Below, in pieces: positions 1 to 14,100 of a stretch of DNA of 64,000 bases (within the stretch, counting starts at the first letter, position 1; each line of letters begins with the position of its first letter). This DNA is from Antedon mediterranea (lineage: Eukaryota; Animalia; Echinodermata). Made by a program: the position numbers and the translations under genes. Below the pieces are notes generated by a model that was given only the letters and a program-made list of their open reading frames with translations, was not told the DNA's origin and ran no database searches. Where the stretch lies: the NCBI RefSeq assembly GCF_964355755.1, contig NC_092670.1, positions 37,932,388 to 37,996,387 on the forward strand, in the 5' to 3' direction.

Positions 1-869
1 AATGAGGTTAATATTATTTGTTATTTACTAATCATTTAATATCATATTTTATTGAATTGTACAATGGTAATACACAAAATATTTTGCTAAAAAATGTGAT
101 TTTATGTAATTATTTTATCGAAAAATGGCGTAGTTTGTGACAATTGCCGACCGAGGGGGAAACATGATAATTTTTGGCGATGTTTTAGATTTTTTAATTA
201 TTTCTTTAATTGTAGGCCTTAAATATATACAGTACTAAAAACCGTGATATTAACTTTTGAATGAATACAACGTTATCCCTAATATAAATAGAACTTATAT
301 TAAAAAGAAACGAGCACCAGTGGCGAAAATTAGCATTTGGCGCTTCATAAAAAATTAACGTTTTTCAGACGACGGCGGCTCAACTTGTCGGCGGCTCTAC
401 TTGGCCCAATATTTATTTGTTTACGTTTGAAAGCCTAACAACCGCACGACGATGGTCTCTATCTCCGATAAAGAACTATTATCCGAATTAATAGGACATT
501 TAAATTGGTGAAAAAGTATTCAATTTTTATTTGTTAACAGAAATATTTACAATAATGATGCTTTAAAACCTATTATTTATTCTTACTAAAAATTGTTTAC
601 CTTGATAATATTAATACAATATAATTATAAATTAAAACTTATTATTACTATGTGACATTAACGCTTATTTTACCATATTTGGTCATATCTTGGTCAATTT
701 CGGTTATACAAACTGCCTATTGATTTTTTACATATTAAAATATTATGATTATGAAATATTTTATGTATATTTTAAAATAAATTGCACATTTTAGAAGTGT
801 TCCCCAAAACAGGAGGAATGTTTAGTTAAAATCCTAGACTGCACCAAACACTCCAAATAACTGACAATA

Positions 870-1045
870 TAGTGACGTAAGGCAGAGGCCCCTGGTTTAG
901 GAGCCCTCAAACGCTGGAGGCCGGGTGTTTTTTAAGCATTTTTCGACATATTTTAATGCCTGTTTTTTTTTTCTCTGGGCAGTGCTCAGGGGCCCCATAA
1001 GCTTCTGGGTTTAGCCAGTGAGCCCTCATAGCCGTTATGCCACTG
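870..1045. mobile_element. hAT-type MITE (TIR CAGTGGCGTAA-like) just 3' of the PRS4-like stop codon
   Basis: Ends are (t)agtgacgtaa and gttatgccactg, flanked by duplicated acaatata. A related copy lies in the opposite orientation at 24259-24413 and a fragment at ~33160-33241. Confidence 0.7.
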
Positions 1046-1059
1046 ACAATATAGGCCTA

Positions 1060-4000
1060 TTACATTTGAAGATCAAACCCTAACAAACAATGCGATATCG
1101 AATCACACAGTGAAAGCAGCTTAAAAGGGTCATGCTTTGCGATTTCAAGAGCATGTGGTATGGAATCTGTGATCCATAGATACTTAAATGGAACGTTGCT
1201 ATTGGATGTTGTGAACGACTTCCATGATTCCTTTGGAAACACAGCATGTGTGATGTACGCAGATACGGATTTGGCTCCTCTGTTCATTAAAGCCTAAATG
1301 GAAAACAAAATTGATTATTCTTATAACGCTGACTGTCTTTCGACACAACACACTTCACACAGACTTCTCCCATAAGAGCGATTATTGGCCAAAATGTTCA
1401 TAGACTTATTTATAGATTAATATTTATATTACATATATTTAGACAGAAGTGGCTATTGAAACGGTTGGCTGTGTAATCGGCACAGTTGGCTTGGCTATTC
1501 ATCTAGTGTAGAGTCTTTTATTGGCACTGTCAACCCTAAAAACAAGGCATAAGGCTCTGTCTACACTATCAAACCTTTTGTGCAGAAAAATGTGATGTGC
1601 CCATATATGGACATGATGATGTAATATCACTAACATATTTGGCCATATTACTACCATATTTGGACATATCACTACCATATTTGGGTATATTACTACCATA
1701 TTTGTATATTCTGTTACTTATTAATCTTGATACAAACCTCAGCACAATTCTTTAAAGTTCCTCCAGTTTGGACAAGATCATCGACAATGATTACATTTTT
1801 TTTATCTGGATCACCTGGTAACAAAACAAACAATCAACTGGTCTGTCATTGGTCAATCAAAACAATCAACTGGTCTGTCATTGGTCGATCAAAACAATCA
1901 ACTGGCAATGGGTTAACCGAAAATATTTTGGGCACACAATCTGTTGTGTGGGAAAATTCCATGAATCAGTTTTTGTATCCTGGATTTGAGACTGATTGTT
2001 GTACAGTTGGAAAAAAACCTTTAGGGCACAAAAAACCATATTAACATTACATTAGAGTATGATAGGTTGCACTAATTAAAGACCATTAAAACCCCTTGTA
2101 ATTGAATGAATATCCAAAAATGATCACACCTTCCTTAACTTGTACTATACGTTTATCTCCATTTCGTATCTTCGTACACGTGATGATATGAAAGTCCGAG
2201 AACATCGACTGGAAGCGTTTGCATGCTCCTTCATCTGGGAAAGCTATGCAAACATCACGCTTGAATGCATCTTCAAGCTTTGTTACCTCTCGGAGTAGCA
2301 ATGGTATTGCACTTTCCAGCCTATGACAAACAAAAAGTAAAGTTCAGTATAAATATGATATCAATTCTGTGGCACTGAAAATAGAATCCCTGATACCGCC
2401 CCAACTCCTATGTGACAAAAATTGTGGACATGATCACATGATGATGTCATAGAATTTTGATAGTGTAGACAGAGCTTAAAGTCATATGGCTAAGTGGACC
2501 GTATAGGTAGTAACTAACATTGAAAGGTTCTTAATTACGCAATAAACATTGAATAATTAACAACTTACATTATATAATAATAAATCACACACATTATGAC
2601 AACAAATTTAAATATTTTAAAGTGGAGGTTCACACAAACAATTTTAAATTTTTATTTTATTCAGTTCATAATAAACATTATAAATATATTAAGGTATTTT
2701 TTTAAATTGTCTGTATCCTACATGGTTATTATAAAACTCAGCAAAAAAAGCCATCTTACTTATTCATTTGCATGTAAATATTTTTTAAATGATGCGTTTT
2801 TTTTTAAAATTGTAAAAAAATAGGAACAGAGGAAGCATTCCCGATGAAACCCAACCGGATGATTGTAATTCTTACCGCGGTATAATATTATCTGAAAAGT
2901 AGAATCTTTCTTGAAGACAATGTACGTCATAGATGACAATCTGAGCAGGACCCCGGGCAGTACTTGGAATTTGAGAAAGTAGCATTGCTAGTGTCTAAAG
3001 AAACAAACAAAATGTTAAGTAGTGTCAATTGATAATGTATAAAGCTCTGTTTACACTATCAAACTTTGTGTGATGTGCCCATATATGGACATAATGATGT
3101 CATATCACTACCAGATGTTTAAGCATGTCACTACCATATTTGGTCACACCACACTTTTTTTGTCAAACTACAGTAGTTTAATAGTGTAGACAGAGGTTAA
3201 GAGACCACATAAATATGGAACATTCAAGTACTATAAACAAGGCACATAAAAAGATGAATGTTTTTTAATTGGGTTCTGTGGTGGATTTAAGCCCAGGTCT
3301 TCTCTAAATTTCACAAATTGAAATGCAAAAGATAGTACTTTAAATTGGATCTGCCACTCTGGGGTTAATAATTAAGCCTGAGAGAATAATTGTTGTTTCG
3401 GTGGTTCATTGGGGTGATTCGTTGCACCCTGGTTCATTGGGGTTCACTGTGGTTCTTCATTATTGGGGTACAGTGGTTCATTTGGGTTCGCTCTAAATCA
3501 CCTTAGCTGTTACAACTTGTCCTTCTGTGTCAACACGTTCCATTGTGCCAGTCGGAAAATATGGAAGGATAAATTTAAAAGATCTTGCCAAATATCTGAA
3601 ATAATATAATGACCAATCATTTTATCAGAGCATTTATAGAAAATATTTTTTAAGAAATGAATAAAGATAAAAAATAAAATAAACAAATAAATTTCTAGAA
3701 AAAAAACAATTACCTAGGCATTGTGTACAACATACTAATTTGTTCAAATACAACTTCTGGCGAATGAAAACTTCCTAAAAATATAACTGCAAAAAAAAAT
3801 GTTGAAATTGTAAATTTTAGTCAACCAGACCCCCAGTGGGGAGCTGTGGTTCAGGGATATTATACTTCCATGAATATACAAGAAAACTTGTTATATTTTA
3901 TTTACTAGTTTTTCTGCCTGTACGTTTTAAGATAGATCATATATTTAAGAAGTCAGCCTTTTCATACCATCTCTACCCGCACACTCCTTCACATTTTCAA

Positions 4001-4541
4001 TAAAGAGATTTGGCCAGCCATCATTGAAAGACTTCCAGTGGATAGTTTTCCGAAACTCTACAGTTTGAAACCGTCTTTTAAATTGAGGCGAGCGCTGTAA
4101 ATAATAATAAAAAAAGTTTTAATTAAATTAGTAATTACTGTACTAAACTTGCAACAATTTTATAATTAATTTTTTCTATAATTTAACAAATTTTATAAAA
4201 AATATCAATAATATTTAATTTACAGTATATAATATAAATTATACAGTATATACACATAGGCGCCTATGTGTATATGCTGCCACCATGTTTGTCTCCATGC
4301 CAGTGAAATAGGTCACCACACTCGCACACAGAGCAGAAAGCGTGACCTTCCGAATTATTTTGAAATACAATTAAGAAAAAACTACTTCATTTTTGTTCGG
4401 TATGTTTACTTCTTTAGGTGACAGAGGTGTTTTGGTAGATTCTACATCACACGTTTGTTTAATGGCTTCAGCCAAACTCTCCATAGAAGGATGACAAAAC
4501 AACAAAGCAGAGCGACTCGAAAACTCGGAGAAAGTCGCCAT
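1060..4541 (-). CDS. Ribose-phosphate pyrophosphokinase, class II / plant PRS3-PRS4 type (~348 aa, 8 exons)
   Basis: GT-AG exons 4541-4410, 4094-3968, 3786-3714, 3595-3502, 2994-2876, 2320-2130, 1814-1738 and 1293-1060 join in frame (1047 nt). Motifs [75 protein letters not shown] (PRPP-binding loop), [10 protein letters not shown] and LWITDSIP match Arabidopsis PRS4 as I recall it. Confidence 0.93.
3043..3197. mobile_element. Harbinger/Tourist-like MITE family A (TIR AGCTCTGTCTACACTATCAAAC, TAA TSD), representative copy
   Basis: TAA|agctctgtttacactatc...tagtgtagacagaggt|TAA. About 15 copies or fragments: 1553-1703, 2410-2476, 3043-3197, 6033-6187, 8175-8464, 9520-9679, 10063-10228, 13358-13593, 16653-16772, 27388-27527, 30409-30470, 32342-32496, 35692-35821, 35874-35958 and 37751-37905. 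Confidence 0.85.
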
Positions 4542-5137
4542 TTTGAACATTCCAATAATTTCTAGGGGGAATCTCATTTACTAACTTAAATATCTACCAA
4601 AAATAAAATTAATTTACTCGATTTTCTGCACATTTTATTTTACAGCTTCTGTTATAATAGTTTTGAATGTTTTATATTATGAGTTTTATTACAATTTAAA
4701 ATGCAAAAATATTACAAAGATTAAGAAAATAACATTTAGTTAATGGACTGACCTAGCCTACCTTTTGATGCATTTTAAATCCGCGGACTCCACGCGCTGT
4801 ATTTGGAAGGTGTTTTACACGGAAGATAATTTATATTTTAAGAGGTATTTTTAGTATAATTCGTTAATTTTTTTCTTTCAAAATGTTTACTAGTGTTTAT
4901 AAGTGTGAGTGAATTATATATAATAAAGAAAAAGCTACAAAATATAGGTAACTAAAGCCTCCTAACTATTAAGCCGACCGAGTGCGTGCCCACCACCACA
5001 CCAAACATTCAATTAAAAGCCGGCCGGCGCGATAGGGTCTAGCCGGCGAGACTCACAACAAAACAAGCAGGTGTAGGCCTAGCCTAAACCTAGAGTATTA
5101 TTAAAACCTAAAGTAATTTTTTTTATAGAGTTTAATT
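4542..5137. promoter_or_regulatory. Probable bidirectional promoter region between the PRS4-like gene and SRRT
   Basis: The divergent ATGs are only ~600 bp apart (4541 minus, 5138 plus). There are CpG-containing patches at 4780-4825 (with ETS-like CGGAAG) and 4975-5050. An acceptor tttatag at 5128 implies an upstream non-coding SRRT exon. Confidence 0.55.
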
Positions 5138-8100
5138 ATGGATAGTGATGATGAAGATAGACGTCACAACCGAGACAAGTTCCGTCGTGAACGTAGTGAC
5201 TACGCTGAAAGACGAGACAGAGATGATCGCAGAGTTGGAAGAGAAGATTGGAATGATAGGTAAACATTTTTCAACAAAAAAATACATTTGAACCAACTAG
5301 TAGAAGAGTACAATACAATTAACTATTGAATGAAATAATATTTTCCTCAATAAAAATAAGGTTTACGACCAACTACAGGAGACTAGAATAGTCATAATAA
5401 TGCCACATGAACATTTATGAAAATTGTCATCCATATAACAAGATACGATTTACACATTTTATACATTTTAAAATACTTAATTACAAAATCATACAATAGT
5501 ATCAAATTGTAGAATTGAAATTCTATAAGTTGCAATTTAAAGAGATAAATATATATTATTCTATGCATTTTGTGCTTTTTTTAAGAAGGCCAAGGGACAA
5601 TCGTGTGAACCGGGATTGGCAACCACGACGAGATTACAATAGAAACCGGAGAGATAGAGGCTACAGTCCGAACAGAAGGGCTATGAGTCCACCAAATAAA
5701 AGACCAAGAAGAGATTGGTTAGTAGTTTCATGTTGATTGAATCACCTTTTTTACGATCTCCCTAAAAAACTCACCAATTCTCAAATTAAAATTGCATTTA
5801 CACTATTTTTCTTTAGGAATACTGGAGGTTATAGGTCATATAGCAACTATGGAGGTGGTAACTATGGGGGAGGCGGCGGAGGAGGAAATTATTGGGACCG
5901 TAATGAAGGAGGACAGAACTTTGGACATAATCAGTCTCATAGGTAAGAGTTCAAATGACAGAAGGCTGTCAATACAATGGTGTATTATGGATACAAGAGT
6001 AGACCCACCTGTTCCTCAGGATTCAATTAGGAGGCTTATTCTATCAAACTTTATGTGTCAAAAAATGTGATGTGCCAAAATATGGTAGCGATATGGCCAA
6101 ATACAGTATGGTAGTGATATGACATCATGTCCATATATGGGCACATCACATTTTTGTCGCATAAAGTTTGATAGTGTAGACAGAGCTTAAGATTTTATGT
6201 AAACACTGCATTTTATCTGAATTTTTAGGAATGATAGTGGGAGTTCAATGATGACGTTCAAACAGTTTTTAGCATCGCAGGATGACACCATCGACGATCA
6301 GGAGGCTGTGCGTAAATACAACGACTACAAAGTTGACTTTCGCCGCACACAGCTTAGCGAATACTTTTTGGATCACAAAGATCAAGAATGGTAAGAATTA
6401 ATTAATTATTAAAATCTAAATCTATTCAAGATATAGTAGGCCTTGAGATGTGAACATTAATGTTAGCCTAAGGTGAAAATTCTGGAAATCACTAGGCCCC
6501 ACTTGGTTCTCACTGTCAATCATTAAACAATAAAACCCTGCCAAAATAGCATGTGGACATTCAAAATTTTATTTCCGTTTAATGAGAAAATTAGATTTGA
6601 ATCTGATGCGTTTTGAAGTATTTTTCATAATAATTTTGCATATTTTGTGGGGAAAATAATAATAGAATGGTTATATTATTGAAAGAAATTCTGCAAGGTG
6701 CCGTTCTCTCTCTTGTTAATATTTATAATACATTCATGTATTATTCATTCATAAATTAACTTATAATTTTTTTTTCTCTGTTCATTATTCACTTTAATAT
6801 GTTACTTCCATTTACAGTTTAGTTGAGCCGAATAAAACCCCGCTTAATTCAGGGGAGCCTATAGTACACGTTATCATGTCGATGATCTAGTTAAACAACA
6901 TGAGTCAAATTTTATCGCTCGCATACGCTCTGTTTATTGAGCTTAAGAATCAGGAAAGCGTCTGTCCATCTACATACGCGCGTGTTTAACGAAAGAGATT
7001 TTTCGCATGTATTTATTGAAATGATTTCATACGCACTTATATCCATCTCGCATTGTATGCTCTGTTTATTGAGCTTATTTTATCAAACTCCTCCCAATAT
7101 GAATATTCATAAGGATTGCAGCCGAGGATTATGGGTAATTTCACCGTGATATTATGGTTTGTCTATTATAATGTGTTACAGGTTTGTTTGTTTTTCTTCC
7201 CATTGATGGGACATTTTTATTAAAAAAATACTTTATAAAGTAATTGATTTCTTTATTCTGCTAATGTTTTTTTTTCTCATATTTACTGACCGTTTTTCTG
7301 AAACATCAACTTACTAATTGATTCAAACTTAAATGATTTTTAATCTTTAATCACATTATTTTTAGTATAAAATCTTTTTTCAACAGCATGGATTGATTTT
7401 TTTTTTTTTTATATTGCTACCTTTGAACAATCTTTTTAACAGATCCTACATAAATGCTTTATGTTCACATATTGTTTTTTTGTTTATTAATTTTGCTAAG
7501 GTTTCGCACTAAATACCATCCTGACCTTTGCATGCAACAGAATGCGGCGCGACTAAATGGAGTACGTTTACGATTGAACGTTTTCCTCGAGTTGTGGAAA
7601 GAAAACTGGCTTGATGGGATATCTTGCGAGTTCAACAAACCAGACGAAATTATTAAAGTTCTTGATGCTGGTGAGTACTTTGCTAAATGTTCTGTTGAGG
7701 AGCTGTAGCTTGGTGATTAACATGCTTGCCTTCTAATCCCAATGTCAGGGTTCAATCCTGACCTAGTGCCAGGGTTGTAACTCAAGACTCTTATGAACAA
7801 GTCTACACTGTTGCGTAAGATTTTCCTAATCAATTTAACCTAAGAAAAGTGATTTTTTTGATACGGTCTTTTTATGCTTTATTCTATGTGACCTTTTCTT
7901 CAGCTGTCATCAAAATGGAGGGTGGAACCGACCTGGACTTGACTATTTTGGATGAAAAGGAAGAAGGAAGCGAAGTGGAAGATGAGGTGGAACAGAATCG
8001 TGAAAAGAAACCTGCATCCGAGCCAACCAAAGAGGATGAAGAAAAGAAAGAAAAGAACACAGAGTAAGCCAATTAGCCGGAAACTGGACAACACTGGACT

Positions 8101-11100
8101 TGCCCAAAAAGTCCAGGAGGCCCATGAATTCCAGGAATCCTATGATGTCTTGTTTTCAGATTATAGCATTTTAAAGCCTTGTCTACACAATCAAACTAGT
8201 TCAACAGAAAAAGTGTGATGTGCCCAAATATGGTAGTGATATGCCAAAATATGGTAGTGATATGCCCAAATATGGTAGTGATGTACCCAAATATGGTAGG
8301 GATGTGCCCAACTATGGTAGTGATATGCCCAAATATGGTAGTGATATGCCCAAATATGGTAGTGATGTGCCCAAATATGGTAGTGATATGCCCAAGTATT
8401 TTATTGATATGACATCATCATCACAATTTTTTGTCACATAGAGTTTGATAGTGTAGACATAGCTTCAGGTTTATTTTGACAACCTAAATATGTAAAACTG
8501 AAATTGAGAAACTTGTCTTGTGCTAATGAATTGGTTTTTTTTTCTTAAAATAAATGATACTTGACTTGAAAACAGTACCTAATGTGTAGTTAAAATCATA
8601 ATAAATAATAATAAATGTAATTCCAATTTTTTGTTATTTCTTAAGTGGCACAGTAGCTGTGTGCTAGGCTTGATTACCAAGTACTCAGTTTTAGTTCAAA
8701 TCTTATGAATATAATATACGTTTATAGGGAAAACAATGGAAAGGAAGATGGAGAGATGGTTGACGATTCAGATGACAAGGATGACGAAAAAGATAATGAG
8801 GAAGAGAAGGAAAAAGAAACAAAAGTAAGATTAAACAGATTCTTTATTTATTTATCTATATCCTTATTTTTCATTTGACACATCTTGAACTAGTCTGTAT
8901 TAAAATGTATTTTTCAGTTCAGTTTTGTTCGGTTCACTCAAATATACAAACACAAACATAACATAGAAAAAAGCACAAGATAACAATGTTAAAAGAATGA
9001 CCCGAGGAATAACCCAAGAAATTTTACAAGAAAACTTATTTCCATTGGGGTCCTCAGACATAAAATAACACTGATAATTGATTGTACTGTAAACATAATG
9101 TAGGATTACACAGGTATTTTGATTTTACATATTTAAAATTTAGTTAAAATATTGCAATGTTTAAACGTTTAATTGCACCTAATACAATTGCCTAAAGTTT
9201 AAAAATATATAAAATATTGTACATAACTGTTACACAGGTATTCTTTCAGATAAAAGTGATTTTACATTATATTTAAAATTATTTATAAGTATTGCAATTT
9301 TTAATATTATTGTTTTAGGATGAAAAGGTAGAAGAAATAAAGGAGAAAACTGAACCTAAACCTGATAAAACGGTATGTTTGAGGTTTTAATTGTTATATC
9401 ATCCACTGTAGAAGGCACTTGTCCATTTAAAATAACGTTGCCGGTATGCCTCCATCTGGCCTCTTGACAGAATTTTAATTCAATCACATTTTGTGCATAA
9501 ATATTCACTAAAACATATAAAGCTCTGTCTACACTATCAAACTTTATGTGAAAAAAAATGTGGTGTACCCATATATTGACATGATGATGTCATATCACTA
9601 CCATATTTAAGCATATCACTACCATATTTGGGCACATCACATTTTTTTGGTCAAACTAGTTTGATAGTGTAGACAGAGCAGTAGATAGATTAAATTTTGT
9701 AATTTTAAACGAGAGTATGATTAGTGATTACGGACACTTATTTAAATTTGGTACTATAGGATGAAGCTGAAAAGCGTGGCACGAAGCGTAAGCGAGACAG
9801 GGAGTATTCGTCGAGCTCAAGTAGTAGTGGTGGCAGTAGCAGTGACAGCGATTCCGACTCGGATGGAGAACATCGCAACAAAAAAGATAACAAGCCAGAG
9901 GTCAAAACAGAAGATGTGAAGGGGGAAAAAGATGAAGGTAATTAATTTCAAATATAGTTATTATCAACGGCAAAATAATAATTGACAAAGGTGAAAATTT
10001 AGCTATCAAAGCTTATTACCATCTTTGGTTGTTGTATATGCTCTTCTGAAATGTAAACCTAAAACTCTGTCTACACTATCAAACTTTATGTGACAAAACA
10101 AATGTGAAGTACCTAAATATGGTAGTGATACAGTATGCTTAAAGATGGTAGTGATATGACATCATCATGTCCATATATGGGCACATCACATTTTTTGTCA
10201 CATAAAGTTTGATAGTGTAGACAGAGCTTAAGGTATAATATTCAGAGACTTGAAATGAGGTTTCCAATTCAATATTTTGTGTCTATATTATGTGAATATT
10301 AAAACCTAATTCTAAGCCTAAAATCGTATCTATTTTAGATTGTTAGTTTAAGTTTTTCAAAATCCTCATTATTGTATATTCTTAAACTATGTTTGCGACC
10401 ATGTAAATTACCTTGATGAACTAAAGTTTATTATTATGTTTAGTGTATTTATGTAATTATTACAGAATATGTTTACATATATATTCACATTAGGTCTTCT
10501 ATCAAACCAACACATTTATTTATAGTGCTTAGATTTAAATCAAATTTAGCTACGTTTTTCATAAAAATTTCATACATTTTAAAATAAATTGAATGATAAT
10601 TTTTTTTTTATGATTTACAGAAGCAGGTGAGATAATGGATGAGAAACCAGATCCAAAAGATGAGCAAATTGTTAAGAAAAAAGATGAGAAAATCAAAGAG
10701 GAGGATACGGGACCAAAGCCTCGTCCTCTTCATAAAACCTACTCGTTATTTATGAGGAGTCTGTCTGTTATGATAGCAAAAACAGAGATTGTACAGGTAC
10801 TGCTACTACTTCCATATGTATAGAAATTATGGTTGTTCTGAGATATACAAAAACAGATAAATGAAAAACTAACAAAAACAATTACAAAGTGTCACATCAC
10901 TCTCGTACGGTATACTGACAAGCATTCTGTGCCCATGGCAGCTGGATAAAAGCTGTTACGAAACCTTTTTGTACAAGAAATTATGGACGGGTAACATGTA
11001 CCACTACGTCAAATAAAGAATAAATACAAATATAATAACTTCCAAAAAAAATAAATTAAAAAAGAAATTATTATATTTTGATTTTTAGATTTGCAAGAAG

Positions 11101-14100
11101 TACCCCGGTTTTATAAGAGTTGCTCTAGCTGATCCACAGCCTGATAAGAACTTCATGCGTTATGGCTGGGCGACCTTTGACCGCTCGGTCAATATCAAAG
11201 ATATCTGTTGGAATCTTAGCAGCATCAGGGTAAGTTATATTGCACTTTATTTACTTTATTGTTTAAATAATAATATACTTCAATTTAAGGACCACCTATT
11301 TCTATATAATAAAAGTTTCAATTGTTTTGCCTTTATGTGGGGACCACCTATAACTTCTTGTTTCAAAAACAATTTTTATCTAATTGGAAAAAAGGACATA
11401 CCTATTTTTAATACCATGACTTTTGAAACCTCGTAAGTATTTATTTAAATAATAATGATAGAATTTTGATAACCTTTTTTATAGGTTCGTGATTGTGAAT
11501 TAAGTCCTGTAGTAAATCGTGATTTGACACGCCGTATTCGAGCGACAAGTGCTATAACGGCGCACAAGCAAGTCGTGCGTAACGATCTCAAAATGGCTGC
11601 CAAGCTAATCAATATGCTGGATGAGAAGTATGATTTGTACAAGGAACCACCGGCAGAACCGGAAAAAGATGTGGAAGAAGTGAAGGAAGAAGAGCCGGAA
11701 AAGAAGGAAAGTGAAGAAAAGAAAGATGGAGATGATGAGAAAGATGAAAATAAGGAGAAGGTAGAGGATAAGCCTGCTCCTGTAGAGAAGGTAAAGAACC
11801 TATGGATGTATTGAGGCTAGGGGAAATCCTCAATATATGAGCGAGTGGCCAAGCGGTTAAGATAGTGGATCTGCTAGGGTTCAAGCCTCACTCGCTCCAT
11901 GGTTTTGTTGGTAGAACGAGTCTTCTCAGATAAGATCCAGTGTACACATCTAGCTGATATGCACTGTAAAGAACGTACTACATCTTTCGAGATGAGTAGG
12001 GGGTTACCCCGATGTACTAATATACCCACAGCCACTGTCACACACAGACACTTAACATAACAACGCGTTAATACTATGTCCCTGCTTTCAAATATCCAAT
12101 GTCATGTTTATCATTTTTCTACTCTTTGATAAGGACAACTTTTTTTCTAATTCTAGCTACCATTTGTACCTTTCCATGGTTACAAAGACAACCCGTTCCT
12201 TGACAACATTACTGAGTATCTGGTGGAGGAGTCGAGCGCAGAAGAGGAGATGCTGATAGCGATGGGCGGAGGAACGGAAGAGGACGACGAGGGAGAACAT
12301 AAAGATGAAGCTCCTGGCTACACATTTGAGCGTGATCACGCTCTTAACAAGGTTAGTTGCAATTGAAGTACAATATTTCTTGGAATTTTAACAGAAATAT
12401 AGAAAAGCTTGCAAACATGACAGATTCAAACTTCGATTGATTTTAAGCGGTGAAAAACAATTTTCATTCATACAGTGATATAGACCAATTAAATCTTTTA
12501 AGAACATTTTACAGTACAGTTTTTTTTCTCGTACGATCCTCCGTTCAGGAGTTATGATTTTTTAATTGACGTGGTGTCCTAAAATCTTCTGAAAACGCTA
12601 TGTTATTTCTGTTGGTCATGCTTCCCTGCACAGCATTGGTAGTCATCGATCAAAGATGTCTTCCGGTTTGTGAAAAAGGCCTATTATTGTAACCGAGGCT
12701 GATTGCATACCAATAAAACTATTTTTACCGTCAATGTGGTATAATAGAATTATCATATAAAATTTAAATTTTGCATAATCTATTATGTTATTGTATTGTA
12801 TTCATTTCATAACATTTATTTACAGACTCTGATCTTTGTATTAATAATTGATAATAAATATTACATAAAAATGTCATCAGCACTGTATATGTTTACCTTT
12901 ACTATTTCGCAAAATTACATTAATAGGAATTTATAGTAACATAAAGAAACAGACATATACATTCAATTTGTATTATCTCTATAGGTTTTGGATCGACTTC
13001 TGTTCTACCTTCGTATTGTTCATTCAGTAGACTATTACAATGCCAGTGAATACCCTATTGAAGACGAGATGCCTAACCGATGCGGTATAATGCATGCTCG
13101 GGGAGCTAACCCACCAAAAGGTCTTACGGAAAAAGACGGTAATTTTCTTTTCTTTATTACTAGTGATAAATTACACTCCCTATACTGTAATTTTGTAAAT
13201 TTCATATTCAGCAAAGAGGACTTGCCCTATGTATTTGTAGACCACTTAGGATATCCTATATTTGAGGTTAAAGTGAAGTTTTACCGATGTCAAAGAATGG
13301 TAGCAGGTAGCAGCAGTCTTAACATGTTAAGCCTAGGCATAAGGTGTAATCCTCTATAGCTCTGTTTACACGATCAAACTAGATTGACGAAAATGGTAGA
13401 ATATGGTGGTGATATGCGCAAATATTGTAGTGATATGCCCAAATATGGTAGTGATTTGCCCAAATATGGTGGTGGTAGGCCCAAATATGGTGGTGATATG
13501 CCCAAATATGGTAGTGATGTGACATCATGTCCATATATGGGCACATCACATTTGTTTTATCACATCATAAAGTTTGATAGTGAATCCAGAGCTTTATATT
13601 GAACATTTTCTCACACAAATGATAAATATAGATGGGTCATTCTTTACTAAATAAAGCTTAAATGATTTAAAATGATTGATAAATCACTCCACAGGGAGAA
13701 ACATTTGTCTGGCTGGAGACCTGAATTTGCATTGAGTATAATTAACAAAACACTAAAGATATCCTACCATATAGACTCCTTAAATGAATCACTTTGTTAC
13801 TAGCTCATACTTGGATATGAAACATAAGAGATTTTCATTTGTTAATTCTCCAGAGACCATAATGTTAGTCTGGGAACAATTTAGTACCAATACTATTGGG
13901 GTCAAGGAACATACAAAACTAATACTACTACAAAATACATGTTTAAAAAAATGTTCATTTTTTTAAATATCACTATGAATATAAGATCTATACAATAATA
14001 AACTGCTTGTTGCTGTTTGACACCTAGTTACGGAATGGCAGACAAGTTTTGAGAAGAAGATTGCGCCGATTTTGCAAACAAAAGCAGCGGTTGGCGACAC

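Noticed and set aside
1-410. Probable right end of a DNA transposon (cggcggctctacttggccc repeats)
   Set aside because: The partner end lies outside the window, so the family and boundaries cannot be supported.
1060-4541. Algal or plant contamination, or recent HGT, as the source of the PRS4-like gene
   Set aside because: It has host-like AT-rich introns containing host MITEs and is directly linked to animal SRRT.
8215-8441. ORFs with MVVICPN / MPKYGSD repeats (also 1499-1699 and 13384-13602)
   Set aside because: They are translations of the 21-bp internal repeat of MITE family A within introns.
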